A stretch of DNA of 64,000 bases, taken from assembly GCF_056746865.1 (NCBI RefSeq), contig NZ_CM163382.1. One strand, 5' to 3'. The position numbers were made by a program, and so were the translations under genes. Positions within the stretch are counted from its first letter, which is position 1, and each line of letters begins with the position of its first letter. The notes beneath the pieces were generated by a model, which was given only the letters and a program-made list of their open reading frames with translations, did no database searches and was not told the origin of the DNA. Below are positions 50,657-64,000 of this stretch, in pieces.

Positions 50657-51733
50657 TTACTCTTTATTAAGGAATTTTACTGCCTTATCAGGGAAATCAG
50701 TAAACAGCCCATTTACACCCGCTTTGTTATACAGAGCATCATATAACTGATTCACATCAGTAGTGTATTCAGGCAGTTTATCTGACCGCACGGTATAAGG
50801 ATGCACTACCAGCTTGTTCTGCTGAGCATCTTGCACCATGCCAGTGAGTTTGATATTACCCGGCTGCGATGTCTCCTCAATCAACATATGGTAATCCGGA
50901 CCAATACCATCTGCATATTCCGCCACCTGTTTCATGGCTCCCGGCTTAAACATCCAGTCGTAGTTGTAATTAACCCAGCTTCCGTCCGGCTGTTTCTGCT
51001 GAGTTTCGTTCCAGTCGGTATAGGCAATCAGCTGTACCAGATTGAGGTCCATGCCCATTTTAGGTTCCAGCTCATTCTTAATACGCTTCAGTTCATCGGC
51101 ATCAAAACATTGCAAATAAACTTTGTCGTCCTTACCGGTGTAACCATATTTCTTCAGCACTTCCAGCGTTTTTGCCGCAATATCCTTCCCTTCCTGATGA
51201 TGGAACCACGGCGCTTTAATTTCTGGATAGATACCGATATTTTTCCCGGTAGAGTGATTTAACCCCTGAACAAATTCAATCTCTTCTTCGAAAGTGTGTA
51301 CCCGGAAGTCAGATTTACCCATCGGGAAACGGCCCGGATAAGTCTGTACTTTCTTACCGTTTTCAATATCGAAACCTTCGGTAAATTTCAGTGACTTAAT
51401 TTCATCGAGCGTGAAATCTATCGCGTAGTAACGACCGTCTTTGCGCGCCCGATCCGGGAAACGATCGGCAACATCAGTAACACGATCGAGATAATGGTCA
51501 TGCAGGACAACCAGATGGTCGTCTTTGGTCATCACCAAATCTTGTTCCAGATAATCCGCTCCCTGCGCATACGCCATCGCTTTTGCTGGCAGCGTATGCT
51601 CCGGCAAATATCCACTGGCACCGCGATGGGCGATGACTATTTTTTCGTTGTTATCCGCCGCCATTGCACCGCTTCCCATGACCATAGTGCTCATCATGAT
51701 CGCCATGCTAAGGTTTTTCAGCGTCAATTTCAT
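50657..51733 (-). CDS. glpQ: Periplasmic glycerophosphodiester phosphodiesterase (358 aa)
   Basis: Translation MKLTLKNLSMAIMMSTMVMGSGAMAADNNEKIVIAHRGASGYLPEHT... Confidence 0.93.
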   Translation of the reverse strand: MKLTLKNLSMAIMMSTMVMGSGAMAADNNEKIVIAHRGASGYLPEHTLPAKAMAYAQGADYLEQDLVMTKDDHLVVLHDHYLDRVTDVADRFPDRARKDGRYYAIDFTLDEIKSLKFTEGFDIENGKKVQTYPGRFPMGKSDFRVHTFEEEIEFVQGLNHSTGKNIGIYPEIKAPWFHHQEGKDIAAKTLEVLKKYGYTGKDDKVYLQCFDADELKRIKNELEPKMGMDLNLVQLIAYTDWNETQQKQPDGSWVNYNYDWMFKPGAMKQVAEYADGIGPDYHMLIEETSQPGNIKLTGMVQDAQQNKLVVHPYTVRSDKLPEYTTDVNQLYDALYNKAGVNGLFTDFPDKAVKFLNKE

Positions 51734-51737
51734 GCCA

Positions 51738-53096
51738 TTAGCCTCCGTTGCGTTTTTGCAGTAATTCCTGATGGCGACGTTTTTCGCCAATCATCACAAC
51801 AATCAACAAGATAACCGCCAGAATGCTGCCGCCAATCATTACCATAAAGCCGCCATCCCAGCCGAAGAAGTCCACGGTGTAGCCAACAATCGCGCTCGCC
51901 GCCACCGAACCGCCCAGGTAACCAAACAGCCCGGTAAAGCCCGCTGCCGTACCTGCCGCTTTTTTCGGTGCCAGTTCCAGCGCATGCAGACCGATCAACA
52001 TCACAGGACCGTAAATCAGGAAGCCGATAACAATCATACAGATCATATCGACGTTCGGATTGCCCGCCGGGTTCATCCAGTAAACGATAGTCGCGATGGT
52101 CACCAGTGTCATAAAGAAGACGCCGGTGGCCCCACGGTTACCGCGGAAGACTTTGTCCGACATCCAGCCGCACAGCAGGGTGCCCGGAATGCCCGCATAC
52201 TCATAGAAGAAGTAGGCCCAGGAGGATTTATCCAGCGCGAAGTGTTTCACCTCTTTCAGATAAGTCGGTGACCAGTCGAGGATGCCGTAACGCAGCAGAT
52301 AAACGAACACGTTGGCGATAGCGATGTACCACAGCAGTTTGTTCGGCAGCACGTACTGCATGAAGATTTGCTTCGCAGTCAGCTCCTGTTCCGCTTTTTC
52401 GTTATAGTCGTCCGGATAATCATTTTTGTACTCTTCGATCGGCGGCAGGCCACAGGATTGCGGGGTATCGCGCATCATCGCAAAGGCGAACAGTGCCACC
52501 AGAATGGCGCAGAATGCGGGCATATAGAGCGCGGCGTGCCAGTCATTGAACCAGGCCATCCCCAGCAGGAACAGCAGCGGCGGAATACCACCACCGACGT
52601 TGTGCGCACAGTTCCATACTGACACAATGCCGCCACGTTCTTTCTGCGACCACCAGTGCACCATAGTACGACCGCACGGCGGCCATCCCATCCCCTGGAA
52701 CCAACCGCAGAGGAACAGCAGCACAAACATCACCGCAATGCTCGACGTCGCCCAGGGCACAAAGCCCATAAAAAGCATCACCGCCGCCGCCAGAATCAAA
52801 CCTGCGGGCAGGAAAACGCGCGGATTCGAGCGATCCGACACCGAGCCCATGATGAATTTCGAAAATCCATAAGCAATCGAGATCCCCGAAAGGGCAAAAC
52901 CTAAATCACCGCGTGAGAAGCCCTGCTCGACCAGATAAGGCATAGCGAGCGCAAAGTTCTTACGAACCAAATAGTAAGCAGCATAGCCAAAGAATATCCC
53001 CAGGAAAATTTGCCAGCGCAATCGACGATAAGTCGGATCGATCTCCGCGGCAGGTAAGCGCGCTTTGTGTGGCGCTGGTTTAAAAATACTCAACAT
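51738..53096 (-). CDS. glpT: Glycerol-3-phosphate:phosphate antiporter (452 aa)
   Basis: Translation [48 protein letters not shown]... Confidence 0.95.
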   Translation of the reverse strand: MLSIFKPAPHKARLPAAEIDPTYRRLRWQIFLGIFFGYAAYYLVRKNFALAMPYLVEQGFSRGDLGFALSGISIAYGFSKFIMGSVSDRSNPRVFLPAGLILAAAVMLFMGFVPWATSSIAVMFVLLFLCGWFQGMGWPPCGRTMVHWWSQKERGGIVSVWNCAHNVGGGIPPLLFLLGMAWFNDWHAALYMPAFCAILVALFAFAMMRDTPQSCGLPPIEEYKNDYPDDYNEKAEQELTAKQIFMQYVLPNKLLWYIAIANVFVYLLRYGILDWSPTYLKEVKHFALDKSSWAYFFYEYAGIPGTLLCGWMSDKVFRGNRGATGVFFMTLVTIATIVYWMNPAGNPNVDMICMIVIGFLIYGPVMLIGLHALELAPKKAAGTAAGFTGLFGYLGGSVAASAIVGYTVDFFGWDGGFMVMIGGSILAVILLIVVMIGEKRRHQELLQKRNGG

Positions 53097-53368
53097 TGAT
53101 AGCCTCCGTGGCCCGTGGTCTTATTTATGATTAACAGCCTGATTCAGTGGGAGAACCTGCCGTTTCTTGAGTTGCCGCGATGTTAAGAAAACATTCATAA
53201 ATTAAATGTGAATTACCGCACACATTATTAAATACGATGGGTTAAATGTTCAGAATGACGCATGAAATCACGTTTCACTTTCGAATTATGAGCGAATATG
53301 CGCGAAATCAAACAATTCATGTTTTTACTATGGCTAAATGGTAAAAAACGAACTTCAGAGGGATAACA
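53097..53368. promoter_or_regulatory. Divergent glpTQ / glpACB control region with a CRP-like site (AAATGTGAATTACCGCACACATT at 53204-53225)
   Basis: TGTGA-N6-GCACA read directly; A+T-rich divergent intergenic region; GlpR operator half-sites likely but not individually resolved. Confidence 0.6.
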
Positions 53369-57433
<4,065 letters not shown>

Positions 57434-57446
57434 ACTCCTTTCTGAT

Positions 57447-57478
57447 GCCCGGTAAGCATGTTGTTACCGGGCATTTTT
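57447..57478 (+). terminator. Rho-independent terminator after glpC
   Basis: GCCCGGTAA-GCATGTTG-TTACCGGGC stem-loop followed by ATTTTTG. Confidence 0.85.
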
Positions 57479-57625
57479 GCGTACACGATTCCGTGCCCAA
57501 TGTATGCGTTGCAACGCAGTGAAAATTCCTCTGAAAACGTCTCGCAAAGGCTGAAACTGGCAGATGTCAAAGGCCTGGGATAACCGTAATGTCGCGTCAT
57601 CATAAATATCAGGTGACGGACAACC

Positions 57626-58585
57626 ATGACCGAATCAACAACCTCCTCCCCGCATGATGCGGTGTTTAAAACCTTTATGTTCACACCCGAAACCGCTCGG
57701 GATTTTCTGGAAATACATCTACCAGAGCCGCTGCGCAAGCTTTGCAACCTGCAAACTTTACGCCTGGAACCCACCAGCTTTATTGAAAAAAGTTTACGCG
57801 CTTACTACTCGGATGTTTTGTGGTCTGTGGAAACCAGCGACGGTGAAGGCTATATCTACTGCGTGATTGAACATCAAAGCTCTGCAGAAAAGAATATGGC
57901 TTTTCGGCTAATGCGCTATGCCACTGCCGCCATGCAGCGTCACCTGGATAAAGGCTATGACAGAGTTCCGCTGGTGGTGCCATTGCTGTTTTATCATGGC
58001 GAAACCTCGCCCTACCCGTACTCACTCAACTGGCTGGATGAGTTTGACGATCCGCAACTTGCCCGGCAGTTGTACACCGAAGCTTTTCCGTTGGTGGATA
58101 TCACCATCGTACCTGACGATGAGATCATGCAACATCGGCGTATAGCTCTGCTGGAACTGATTCAAAAGCATATTCGCGACCGCGATTTAATCGGTATGGT
58201 CGACAGGATCACCACGCTTTTGGTTAGAGGCTTCACTAATGACAGCCAGCTACAAACGCTGTTTAATTATCTGCTGCAATGCGGCGATACCTCCCGTTTC
58301 ACCCGCTTTATTCAGGAGATTGCCGAACGTTCACCACTACAAAAGGAGAGATTAATGACTATTGCTGAACGGCTGCGGCAGGAAGGACATCAAATTGGCT
58401 GGCAGGAAGGTAAAATTGAAGGTTGGCAGGAGGGGAAATTGGAGGGGTTGCAGAAAGGCAAAGTAGAAGGTATGCATGAACAAGCCATTAAAATTGCCTT
58501 GCGCATGCTGGAACAGGGCTTTGAACGTGAGATTGTGCTGGCGACAACCCAACTCACTGATGCTGATATTCCGAACGGTCATTAA
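57626..58585 (+). CDS. rpnE: RpnE (YfaD), Rpn/YhgA-like recombination-promoting nuclease, PD-(D/E)xK transposase_31 family (319 aa)
   Basis: Translation [28 protein letters not shown]...YCVIEHQSS...; C-terminal repeat region [15 protein letters not shown]. Confidence 0.85.
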   Translation: MTESTTSSPHDAVFKTFMFTPETARDFLEIHLPEPLRKLCNLQTLRLEPTSFIEKSLRAYYSDVLWSVETSDGEGYIYCVIEHQSSAEKNMAFRLMRYATAAMQRHLDKGYDRVPLVVPLLFYHGETSPYPYSLNWLDEFDDPQLARQLYTEAFPLVDITIVPDDEIMQHRRIALLELIQKHIRDRDLIGMVDRITTLLVRGFTNDSQLQTLFNYLLQCGDTSRFTRFIQEIAERSPLQKERLMTIAERLRQEGHQIGWQEGKIEGWQEGKLEGLQKGKVEGMHEQAIKIALRMLEQGFEREIVLATTQLTDADIPNGH

Positions 58586-58597
58586 AAGGAGAGATTA

Positions 58598-58795
58598 ATG
58601 ACTATTGCTGAACGGCTACGGCAGGAAGGACATCAAATTGGCTGGCAGGAGGGTAAATTAGAAGGTTTGCAGGAAGGCATGCATGAACAAGCCATTAAAA
58701 TTGCTTTGCGCATGCTGGAACAGGGCATTGATCGTGACCTGGTGCTCGCGGCCACCCAGCTAAGCGAAGCCGATCTGGCAGCGAATAACCACTAA
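58598..58795 (+). CDS. ypaA: YpaA, small protein (65 aa) that is a tandem duplicate of the RpnE C-terminal module
   Basis: Translation [43 protein letters not shown]... nearly identical to the last ~77 aa of RpnE; own AAGGAGAG Shine-Dalgarno. Confidence 0.8.
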   Translation: MTIAERLRQEGHQIGWQEGKLEGLQEGMHEQAIKIALRMLEQGIDRDLVLAATQLSEADLAANNH

Positions 58796-58835
58796 TTAAC
58801 ACAGGCCCACAGCCGATCCCCATGGGCCTTTGATA

Positions 58836-59639
58836 TCAATAACTACCTTTTATGCGTGGCCCATTTTTGCCTGATTTAAACATCGCCAGTCGTTGATCCA
58901 GGGCATCGCTGTAGAGCATCGTGTCAACGCCAACAGCGACAAAGTTCGCTCCCCACGCCAGGCATTGCTGCGCCATATCAGGAGCCACAGCCAGAAAACC
59001 AGCCGCTTTACCCGCAGCACGGATCCGCCGAATGCTGGTTTCAATAATTCGCTGCACTTCCGGGTGCCCGGCGTTATCCGGGTAGCCCAACGAGGCAGAA
59101 AGATCCGCAGGTCCAATAAACACGCCGTCAATCCCTTCGACGTCGAGGATTTCGTCCAGGTTATCCAGTGCTGTTTTACTTTCCACCTGCACCAACAGAC
59201 AAAGCGAATCGTTGACTTGCGCCATGTAATTCTCAATGCGTCCCCAGCGCGCAGCCCGTGCCACACTGGCCCCGACACCACGCTCACCGTAGGGAGGATA
59301 GCGCGTGGCAGACACCACCTGACGTGCCTGATCGGCAGTATCGACCATCGGGATCAGTAGAGTTTGCGCGCCAATATCCAGGACTTGTTTAATCAGCGAC
59401 TTACTGCCTTCCACCGGACGGATCACGGGTTGGCTGGCATAGGGCGCTACCGCCTGTAGCTGGTGATAAAGATCCTGAATGGTGTTTGGCGCGTGCTCCC
59501 CGTCAATCAGCAACCAGTCATAACCGGAGGTGGCGGCAATTTCTGCCATATAAGAAGTAGTCGAGCTTAACCACAGACCAATTTGCACTTCGCCCTTGCG
59601 TAAACGTTCTTTAAAGGGATTGGTTAATAATGCGTTCAT
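58836..59639 (-). CDS. rhmA: 2-keto-3-deoxy-L-rhamnonate aldolase (267 aa)
   Basis: Translation [49 protein letters not shown]... (HpcH/HpaI aldolase family). Confidence 0.9.
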   Translation of the reverse strand: MNALLTNPFKERLRKGEVQIGLWLSSTTSYMAEIAATSGYDWLLIDGEHAPNTIQDLYHQLQAVAPYASQPVIRPVEGSKSLIKQVLDIGAQTLLIPMVDTADQARQVVSATRYPPYGERGVGASVARAARWGRIENYMAQVNDSLCLLVQVESKTALDNLDEILDVEGIDGVFIGPADLSASLGYPDNAGHPEVQRIIETSIRRIRAAGKAAGFLAVAPDMAQQCLAWGANFVAVGVDTMLYSDALDQRLAMFKSGKNGPRIKGSY

Positions 59640-59655
59640 GGTGTTCCTTAACCTA

Positions 59656-60897
59656 TTAATGATGTGCCACGTCGGTCTGCGCAACAGTGCGATTTACACG
59701 CAGAGTGAAAATAATCAGCGAACCGATGACCGCCACCGCTGCCAGCGTCAGTAATCCCGCCGCATCGCTGGCAAACAACGTTTCTGCTTTCACGCGCAGG
59801 ATCGGGGCAATAAACCCACCCACTGCACCAAACAGGTTTACAAAACCAATCCCCGCCGCCAGCGCCGTACCGGAAAGCAGTTGTGTCGGCATCGTCCAGA
59901 ACACCGGCTGCACGGCAATAAACCCGATGGCTGCAACACACAGCGCTACGATCGCCAGTACTGGAGAAAGCAGCCCGGAGAGACCAATACCAATGCCTGC
60001 CGCCAGTAATGTCAGCGCCGCGACATTACGCCGTTCGCCGGTTTTATCGGAATAGCGCGGAATAAGCCAGGTCCCAAACAAGGCCGCGACCCACGGAATG
60101 GCGGTGACCACCGACGCCGTAAAGCCCACTTTTGTCCCCAACAATGCAGCAACCTGCGTCGGCAGGAAGAAAATTAATCCGTAAACCGCCACCTGAATGG
60201 TCAGGTAGATAATCGCCAGTTGCCAGACTCGCCCATTACGCAGCGCATCGCTCAGTCGAGAAGTCACTTTCTGTTGTTCTTCACTTGCCAGTTGGTTGAT
60301 AAGCAACGTTTTTTCTTCTTTACTCAGAAAACGTGCCTGCTCCGGCGTGTCATCAAGCCAAAAGAATGTGAATACCCCAGCGCCGACTGCCAGCAATCCT
60401 TCAATCACAAACATCCAGAACCAGCCGGGATGCCCCATAAATCCATGCATCTCCAGCAGCGCGCCGGAAAGCGGTGATCCCAGTGTTAACGCCAACGGTG
60501 CGCCCATATAGAACAGCCCCATAATGCTGGCGCGATTACGCTGCGGAAACCATTGCGAGGTGAGATAAATCATACCAGGGAAGAACCCGGCCTCCGCAGC
60601 ACCAAGCAGAGTGCGAACGATCAGAAATTTCGCTTCAGTATCGGCCCATGCCATGGCTGCCGAAAGAAATCCCCACAGCAGTGTTGTCGTACCAATCCAG
60701 GTTCTGGCCCCCAGTTTGCGCATCAAAAGATTCGCCGGAACACCCAGAAACGCATATACCACAAAGAAAATGCCTGCTCCCAGCGCATAAGCTTCATTAC
60801 TCAGCCCGGTATCAATCTGGTAGGTTTGTTTGGCAAAACCGATATTCGAACGGTCGAGAAACGCCAGCACATACAGCGCCAACTTGACATCCTCCAC
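59656..60897 (-). CDS. rhmT: L-rhamnonate MFS transporter RhmT, apparently 5'-truncated; ORF begins at a GTG inside the IS end
   Basis: Translation starts [24 protein letters not shown]..., lacking the usual cytoplasmic N-terminus and part of TM1; frame continues upstream into IS sequence. Confidence 0.75.
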   Translation of the reverse strand: MEDVKLALYVLAFLDRSNIGFAKQTYQIDTGLSNEAYALGAGIFFVVYAFLGVPANLLMRKLGARTWIGTTTLLWGFLSAAMAWADTEAKFLIVRTLLGAAEAGFFPGMIYLTSQWFPQRNRASIMGLFYMGAPLALTLGSPLSGALLEMHGFMGHPGWFWMFVIEGLLAVGAGVFTFFWLDDTPEQARFLSKEEKTLLINQLASEEQQKVTSRLSDALRNGRVWQLAIIYLTIQVAVYGLIFFLPTQVAALLGTKVGFTASVVTAIPWVAALFGTWLIPRYSDKTGERRNVAALTLLAAGIGIGLSGLLSPVLAIVALCVAAIGFIAVQPVFWTMPTQLLSGTALAAGIGFVNLFGAVGGFIAPILRVKAETLFASDAAGLLTLAAVAVIGSLIIFTLRVNRTVAQTDVAHH

Positions 60898-62635
60898 GCC
60901 CTGAAGAACGTGGATCCCTGCTACGTTCAGGCTGTCGCCTGAATCATTTCGGTGGGTTCCTGCTTCAACGAGCGGCCTGACTGCACCATCTCTCCACAGG
61001 CAAGAACGGCGTGCCCCGCCGCTAAAATGTTACGAGCGCCATTTACATCGGCGTTCGCTGTATATCCACATACCTGGCATCTGAATTGACTTTGTGACAG
61101 GCGATTTTCTTTCGCAGTATGACCACAGCACGCGCAACGCTGGCTTGTGTACGCTGGCGGAACAGCAAGCAACTGACCGCCACTCCAGAGCTGCTTGTAC
61201 TCAAGCTGGCGGCGCATTTCATACCAGCCCTGATCCAGTATCGAACGGTTTAAACCTGATTTTGCCCGGACATTGCGCCCCGGCTGGCTGAGCGTACCCG
61301 CTGCTGACTTTGACATGTTGCTGACCTTCAAATCCTCAATGACTATCATTGCGTGGTTTTTGCTGACGGTCGTTGTGACTTTGTGAAGGTAGTCCCTGCG
61401 GATATTTGCGATACGGGAATGCAGTCGCTGTATTTTGCGTTTCTGCTTCTGCCAGTTGTTGCTGAATTTGACCCTGCGGCTTAACTGTCGCTGAAGTCTC
61501 GCCAGCTTCTTCTGGTTTTTCTGAAAACTGTTTACAGGCTCAAAGACTGTGCCATCTGACAGCGTGGCGAGTTTAGCCACGCCAGCATCCAGCCCGACCA
61601 TTGATGCTGAAGGGTGAACCGGAGTTGATACTTCACTTTCTGTCTGAATACTGATGTACCACTTACCGCAGGACTGGCTGACAGTGACATTTTTTACAAC
61701 ACCCGTGACCTGACGGCTGTTCCGGTAGCGCATCCAGCCCAGTTTCGGCAGAAAAATACGGCTGTTTTCCTGATCGAGCTTAACGCCCTGCGGATAGCGG
61801 AATGCATCATTCTGTCCCCGCTTTTTGAATCGGGGAAAAGCAGCCCGATTCTGGAAGAAGTTTTTGTAAGCCCGCTCAAGGTCTTTCAGTGACTGTTGCA
61901 ATGGCTGTGAGGGCGAATCTTTAAGCCATTGCGTTTCAGTGGCGTTTTTCCACTCAACCAGCCAGGAAGCCATTTTCCCGTAAGGGATGTATTTATTACC
62001 GGCCTCATGATTCTCATTCTGAAGCGCCAGAGCGCGATTGAAAACGAAACGACATGCGCCTGCGAAGCGCCTCATTTCACACTCCTGTTGACCACCTGGT
62101 CTTAACTGGAATTTAAATGCCTGTAATCGTTTCACAGGTCAAATGATACTTTGGTCTATGAAAAAAGAAACCGATATCCGGCGTGGAAGGCATTGTGTTT
62201 TCCTGATGCATGTTCACCTGGTCTTTGTCACCAAATACCGACGCCAGATTTTTGACCATGACGCGACAGAAAAACTACGCACTTACTTTTCAAATGTATG
62301 TGCTGATTTTGAAGCTGAACTGGTTGAAATGGATGGCGAACCAGATCACGTCCATTTGTTAATTAACTATCCTCCCAAACTGGCGATATCCAGTCTGGTA
62401 AACAGCCTCAAAGGCGTATCGGGTAGGTTACTGCGACGAGATCGACCAGATATTGCAGTCAGGTATTACTACAAAGGCGTTTTGTGGAGTCCTGGCTATT
62501 TTGCCAGTAGCTGCGGAGGTGCGCCAATATCCGTCATCCGCCAATACATTGAACAACAGCAAACACCTGGTCAGGTGGAAAACCGCGCCTTATATCCCCG
62601 CCCTGAAGGACGGGGTTTTACAGCGCACTGGATAA
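60887..62635 (-). mobile_element. IS200/IS605-family insertion sequence (~1.7 kb) with divergent tnpB and tnpA; boundaries approximate
   Basis: TnpB and Y1-transposase ORFs; both ends carry the same-orientation 17-nt motif CGCCCTGAAG(A/G)ACG(T/G)GG (60897-60913 and 62599-62615) embedded in imperfect hairpins. Confidence 0.75.
60927..62135 (-). CDS. tnpB: TnpB (OrfB), RuvC-like RNA-guided nuclease of the IS200/IS605 family (402 aa)
   Basis: Translation [37 protein letters not shown]..., C-terminal zinc-finger CACCGH...CQVCG and [10 protein letters not shown]. Confidence 0.88.
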   Translation of the reverse strand: MKRLQAFKFQLRPGGQQECEMRRFAGACRFVFNRALALQNENHEAGNKYIPYGKMASWLVEWKNATETQWLKDSPSQPLQQSLKDLERAYKNFFQNRAAFPRFKKRGQNDAFRYPQGVKLDQENSRIFLPKLGWMRYRNSRQVTGVVKNVTVSQSCGKWYISIQTESEVSTPVHPSASMVGLDAGVAKLATLSDGTVFEPVNSFQKNQKKLARLQRQLSRRVKFSNNWQKQKRKIQRLHSRIANIRRDYLHKVTTTVSKNHAMIVIEDLKVSNMSKSAAGTLSQPGRNVRAKSGLNRSILDQGWYEMRRQLEYKQLWSGGQLLAVPPAYTSQRCACCGHTAKENRLSQSQFRCQVCGYTANADVNGARNILAAGHAVLACGEMVQSGRSLKQEPTEMIQATA

Positions 62636-62748
62636 AGTCATGGACTCAACAACCTCAATCCAGCCATGCTCACTGGCGATGTCCTGGCCGTTTAACCAAC
62701 GGCGCAGCATATTCAGTGCCATCATTGCGCACACTTCCTGACGGATAG
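62158..62748 (+). CDS. tnpA: IS200-like Y1 (HuH) transposase TnpA; 3' end uncertain, ORF reads through the element end into yfaY antisense
   Basis: Translation MKKETDIRRGRHCVFLMHVHLVFVTKYRRQ...HVHLL (HuH)...YYYKGVLWSPGYFASSCGGAPISVIRQYIEQQ; ORF is ~50 codons longer than typical TnpA. Confidence 0.65.
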   Translation: MKKETDIRRGRHCVFLMHVHLVFVTKYRRQIFDHDATEKLRTYFSNVCADFEAELVEMDGEPDHVHLLINYPPKLAISSLVNSLKGVSGRLLRRDRPDIAVRYYYKGVLWSPGYFASSCGGAPISVIRQYIEQQQTPGQVENRALYPRPEGRGFTAHWIKSWTQQPQSSHAHWRCPGRLTNGAAYSVPSLRTLPDG

Positions 62749-63826
62749 CCAGGCTGTAGCGCGTAGTGCTGAAACGCACACGCAGAGCGAAAGTGCCGTC
62801 TGGCGTGGCTAGCGCAAAGTTGAGATGTTCGTTCTCGAAACCAGAAACAGCCAGTGCCAGCCCGGCAAAATGGTTGGCCCGCCGTTCTGTAATCCAGTGC
62901 GCAGTTTGCGCCAGGGTTTCCTCCTGTGAAGGAACCACTTCACACGCCAGCAATGGAGCACCTGCGCGAGAAAGTTGCAAAGCCAATAAACCACCGGTGA
63001 ATTGCTCGCTCAACGTCAGGCTGAACTGGCGGTTTTGCAATTCGCGGCTGATCTGCGAGGGCAGTCCTTCGGTACCTTCGAAAATCACGCTCTGTCCGGC
63101 AACACGTTTAACGTCCAGCCACAGTTTTTCCATCGCCTGTTTCTCGCTTGCCGGTCCGGTGAGTTTCAGTTCGATAATCGGCATAGAAGAGCGATAGCCC
63201 ATTGTTACCCCCGGCGGCAGTTGCAGGGTGTCCAGGCTTTGTGCCAGATCGCTTTCCGAACGACCAAATGTAGTCAAACGCAGACAAACCGGCGGCTGCG
63301 GTAAAGAAAAACGCTCGCGCAGGCGCGGCAGGATTTCGTGCTCGACCATCACCTTAAATTCTGACGGTACGCCGGGGGTAAAGAACATCAGGCAACGATT
63401 AAGCTGCACGGCAAAACCACAGGCGGTGCCTACCGGGTTATTGATAAATTCAGCACTGGCAGGTAGCTCCGCTTGTTTACGGTTGCTCGGTGTCATTACT
63501 CGTCCACGTTCGTGGAAATAGCGTTCCATCTCTTTGAGCCAGGCCTCATGCAGCACCAGGCCTTCACCTTTTGCTGTTGCAGCGGCGAGTGCGCTTAAAT
63601 CATCACTGGTCGGCCCCAGCCCGCCGTTAACGATCAGCACATCGGCGTGCTGACTCCGTTCGCGAAGAATGGTCACTAAGTCATCAAGGTTATCTCCCAC
63701 CGTATTGCGGCGAGATAATGGCAACCCCTGATGAAAGAAAAAATCGGCCAGCCAGGCAGCGTTAGTGTCAACGATTTGCCCGTGTAACACTTCATCCCCG
63801 GTGGATAGCATTTCCACTTTTAACAT
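62618..63826 (-). CDS. yfaY: YfaY, CinA-like molybdopterin-binding (MoCF) domain protein (402 aa)
   Basis: Translation MLKVEMLSTGDEVLHGQIVDTNAAWLADFFFHQGLPLSRRNTVGDNLDDL...; stop abuts the right-end IS hairpin. Confidence 0.85.
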   Translation of the reverse strand: MLKVEMLSTGDEVLHGQIVDTNAAWLADFFFHQGLPLSRRNTVGDNLDDLVTILRERSQHADVLIVNGGLGPTSDDLSALAAATAKGEGLVLHEAWLKEMERYFHERGRVMTPSNRKQAELPASAEFINNPVGTACGFAVQLNRCLMFFTPGVPSEFKVMVEHEILPRLRERFSLPQPPVCLRLTTFGRSESDLAQSLDTLQLPPGVTMGYRSSMPIIELKLTGPASEKQAMEKLWLDVKRVAGQSVIFEGTEGLPSQISRELQNRQFSLTLSEQFTGGLLALQLSRAGAPLLACEVVPSQEETLAQTAHWITERRANHFAGLALAVSGFENEHLNFALATPDGTFALRVRFSTTRYSLAIRQEVCAMMALNMLRRWLNGQDIASEHGWIEVVESMTLSSAL

Positions 63827-63896
63827 GGTTATCTCCTGCTTTTGTTATCGAATCACTATAACGCAAAGGAAGATAAGGCGTAGTAAGAAACTGAAT

Positions 63897-63917
63897 GGCG
63901 CGACAGAATGCCGCGCC
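63897..63917 (-). terminator. Hairpin (GGCGCG-N9-CGCGCC) just downstream of yfaZ stop, possible terminator
   Basis: Inverted repeat read directly; moderately T-rich on reverse strand after the stem. Confidence 0.4.
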
Positions 63918-63925
63918 GGAAGGGA

Positions 63926-64000
63926 TCAGAAACTGGCGTTAACCCCAACATACGGGCCGTCAGCCACGGCGTTGTCGCGGTTACCGTCTTTACCAGAAAG
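63926..64000 (-). CDS. yfaZ: Outer membrane protein YfaZ, C-terminal end only (gene begins beyond window)
   Basis: Reverse strand reads ...GPYVGVNASF-stop, a typical beta-barrel C-terminus; expected neighbour of yfaY. Confidence 0.6.
   Translation of the reverse strand, partial: LSGKDGNRDNAVADGPYVGVNASF

Overview
This 64-kb window is Escherichia coli (or Shigella-like) chromosome, collinear with the K-12 region napFDA - eco - mqo - yojI - alkB/ada - apbE - ompC/micF - rcsDBC - atoSC/atoDAEB - yfaPQSTA - gyrA - ubiG - yfaL - nrdAB/yfaE - inaA - glpTQ/glpACB - rpnE(yfaD)/ypaA - rhmA/rhmT - yfaY - yfaZ. Most of it is well-known core genome; I found no CRISPR array, prophage, tRNA or rRNA, and no convincing entirely undescribed multi-gene system. 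Gene identities are from reading the supplied translations and from memory of the E. coli families; nothing was searched or computed. Main points: (1) gyrA carries the classic quinolone-resistance double substitution S83L + D87N, read directly from the codons. (2) An IS200/IS605-family element (~1.7 kb, divergent tnpA/tnpB) sits between rhmT and yfaY where K-12 (from memory) has rhmD-rhmR; rhmT looks 5'-truncated, and the tnpB end may encode an omega-RNA. (3) A visibly A+T-rich islet between inaA and glpQ holds an MFS transporter, a divergent LysR regulator and an ORFan with no recognisable domain. (4) The alpha-2-macroglobulin-like yfaS operon is uninterrupted here. (5) rpnE has a tandemly duplicated C-terminal module that forms the free-standing small gene ypaA. 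The ORFan islet and the TnpB element are the best candidates for follow-up.
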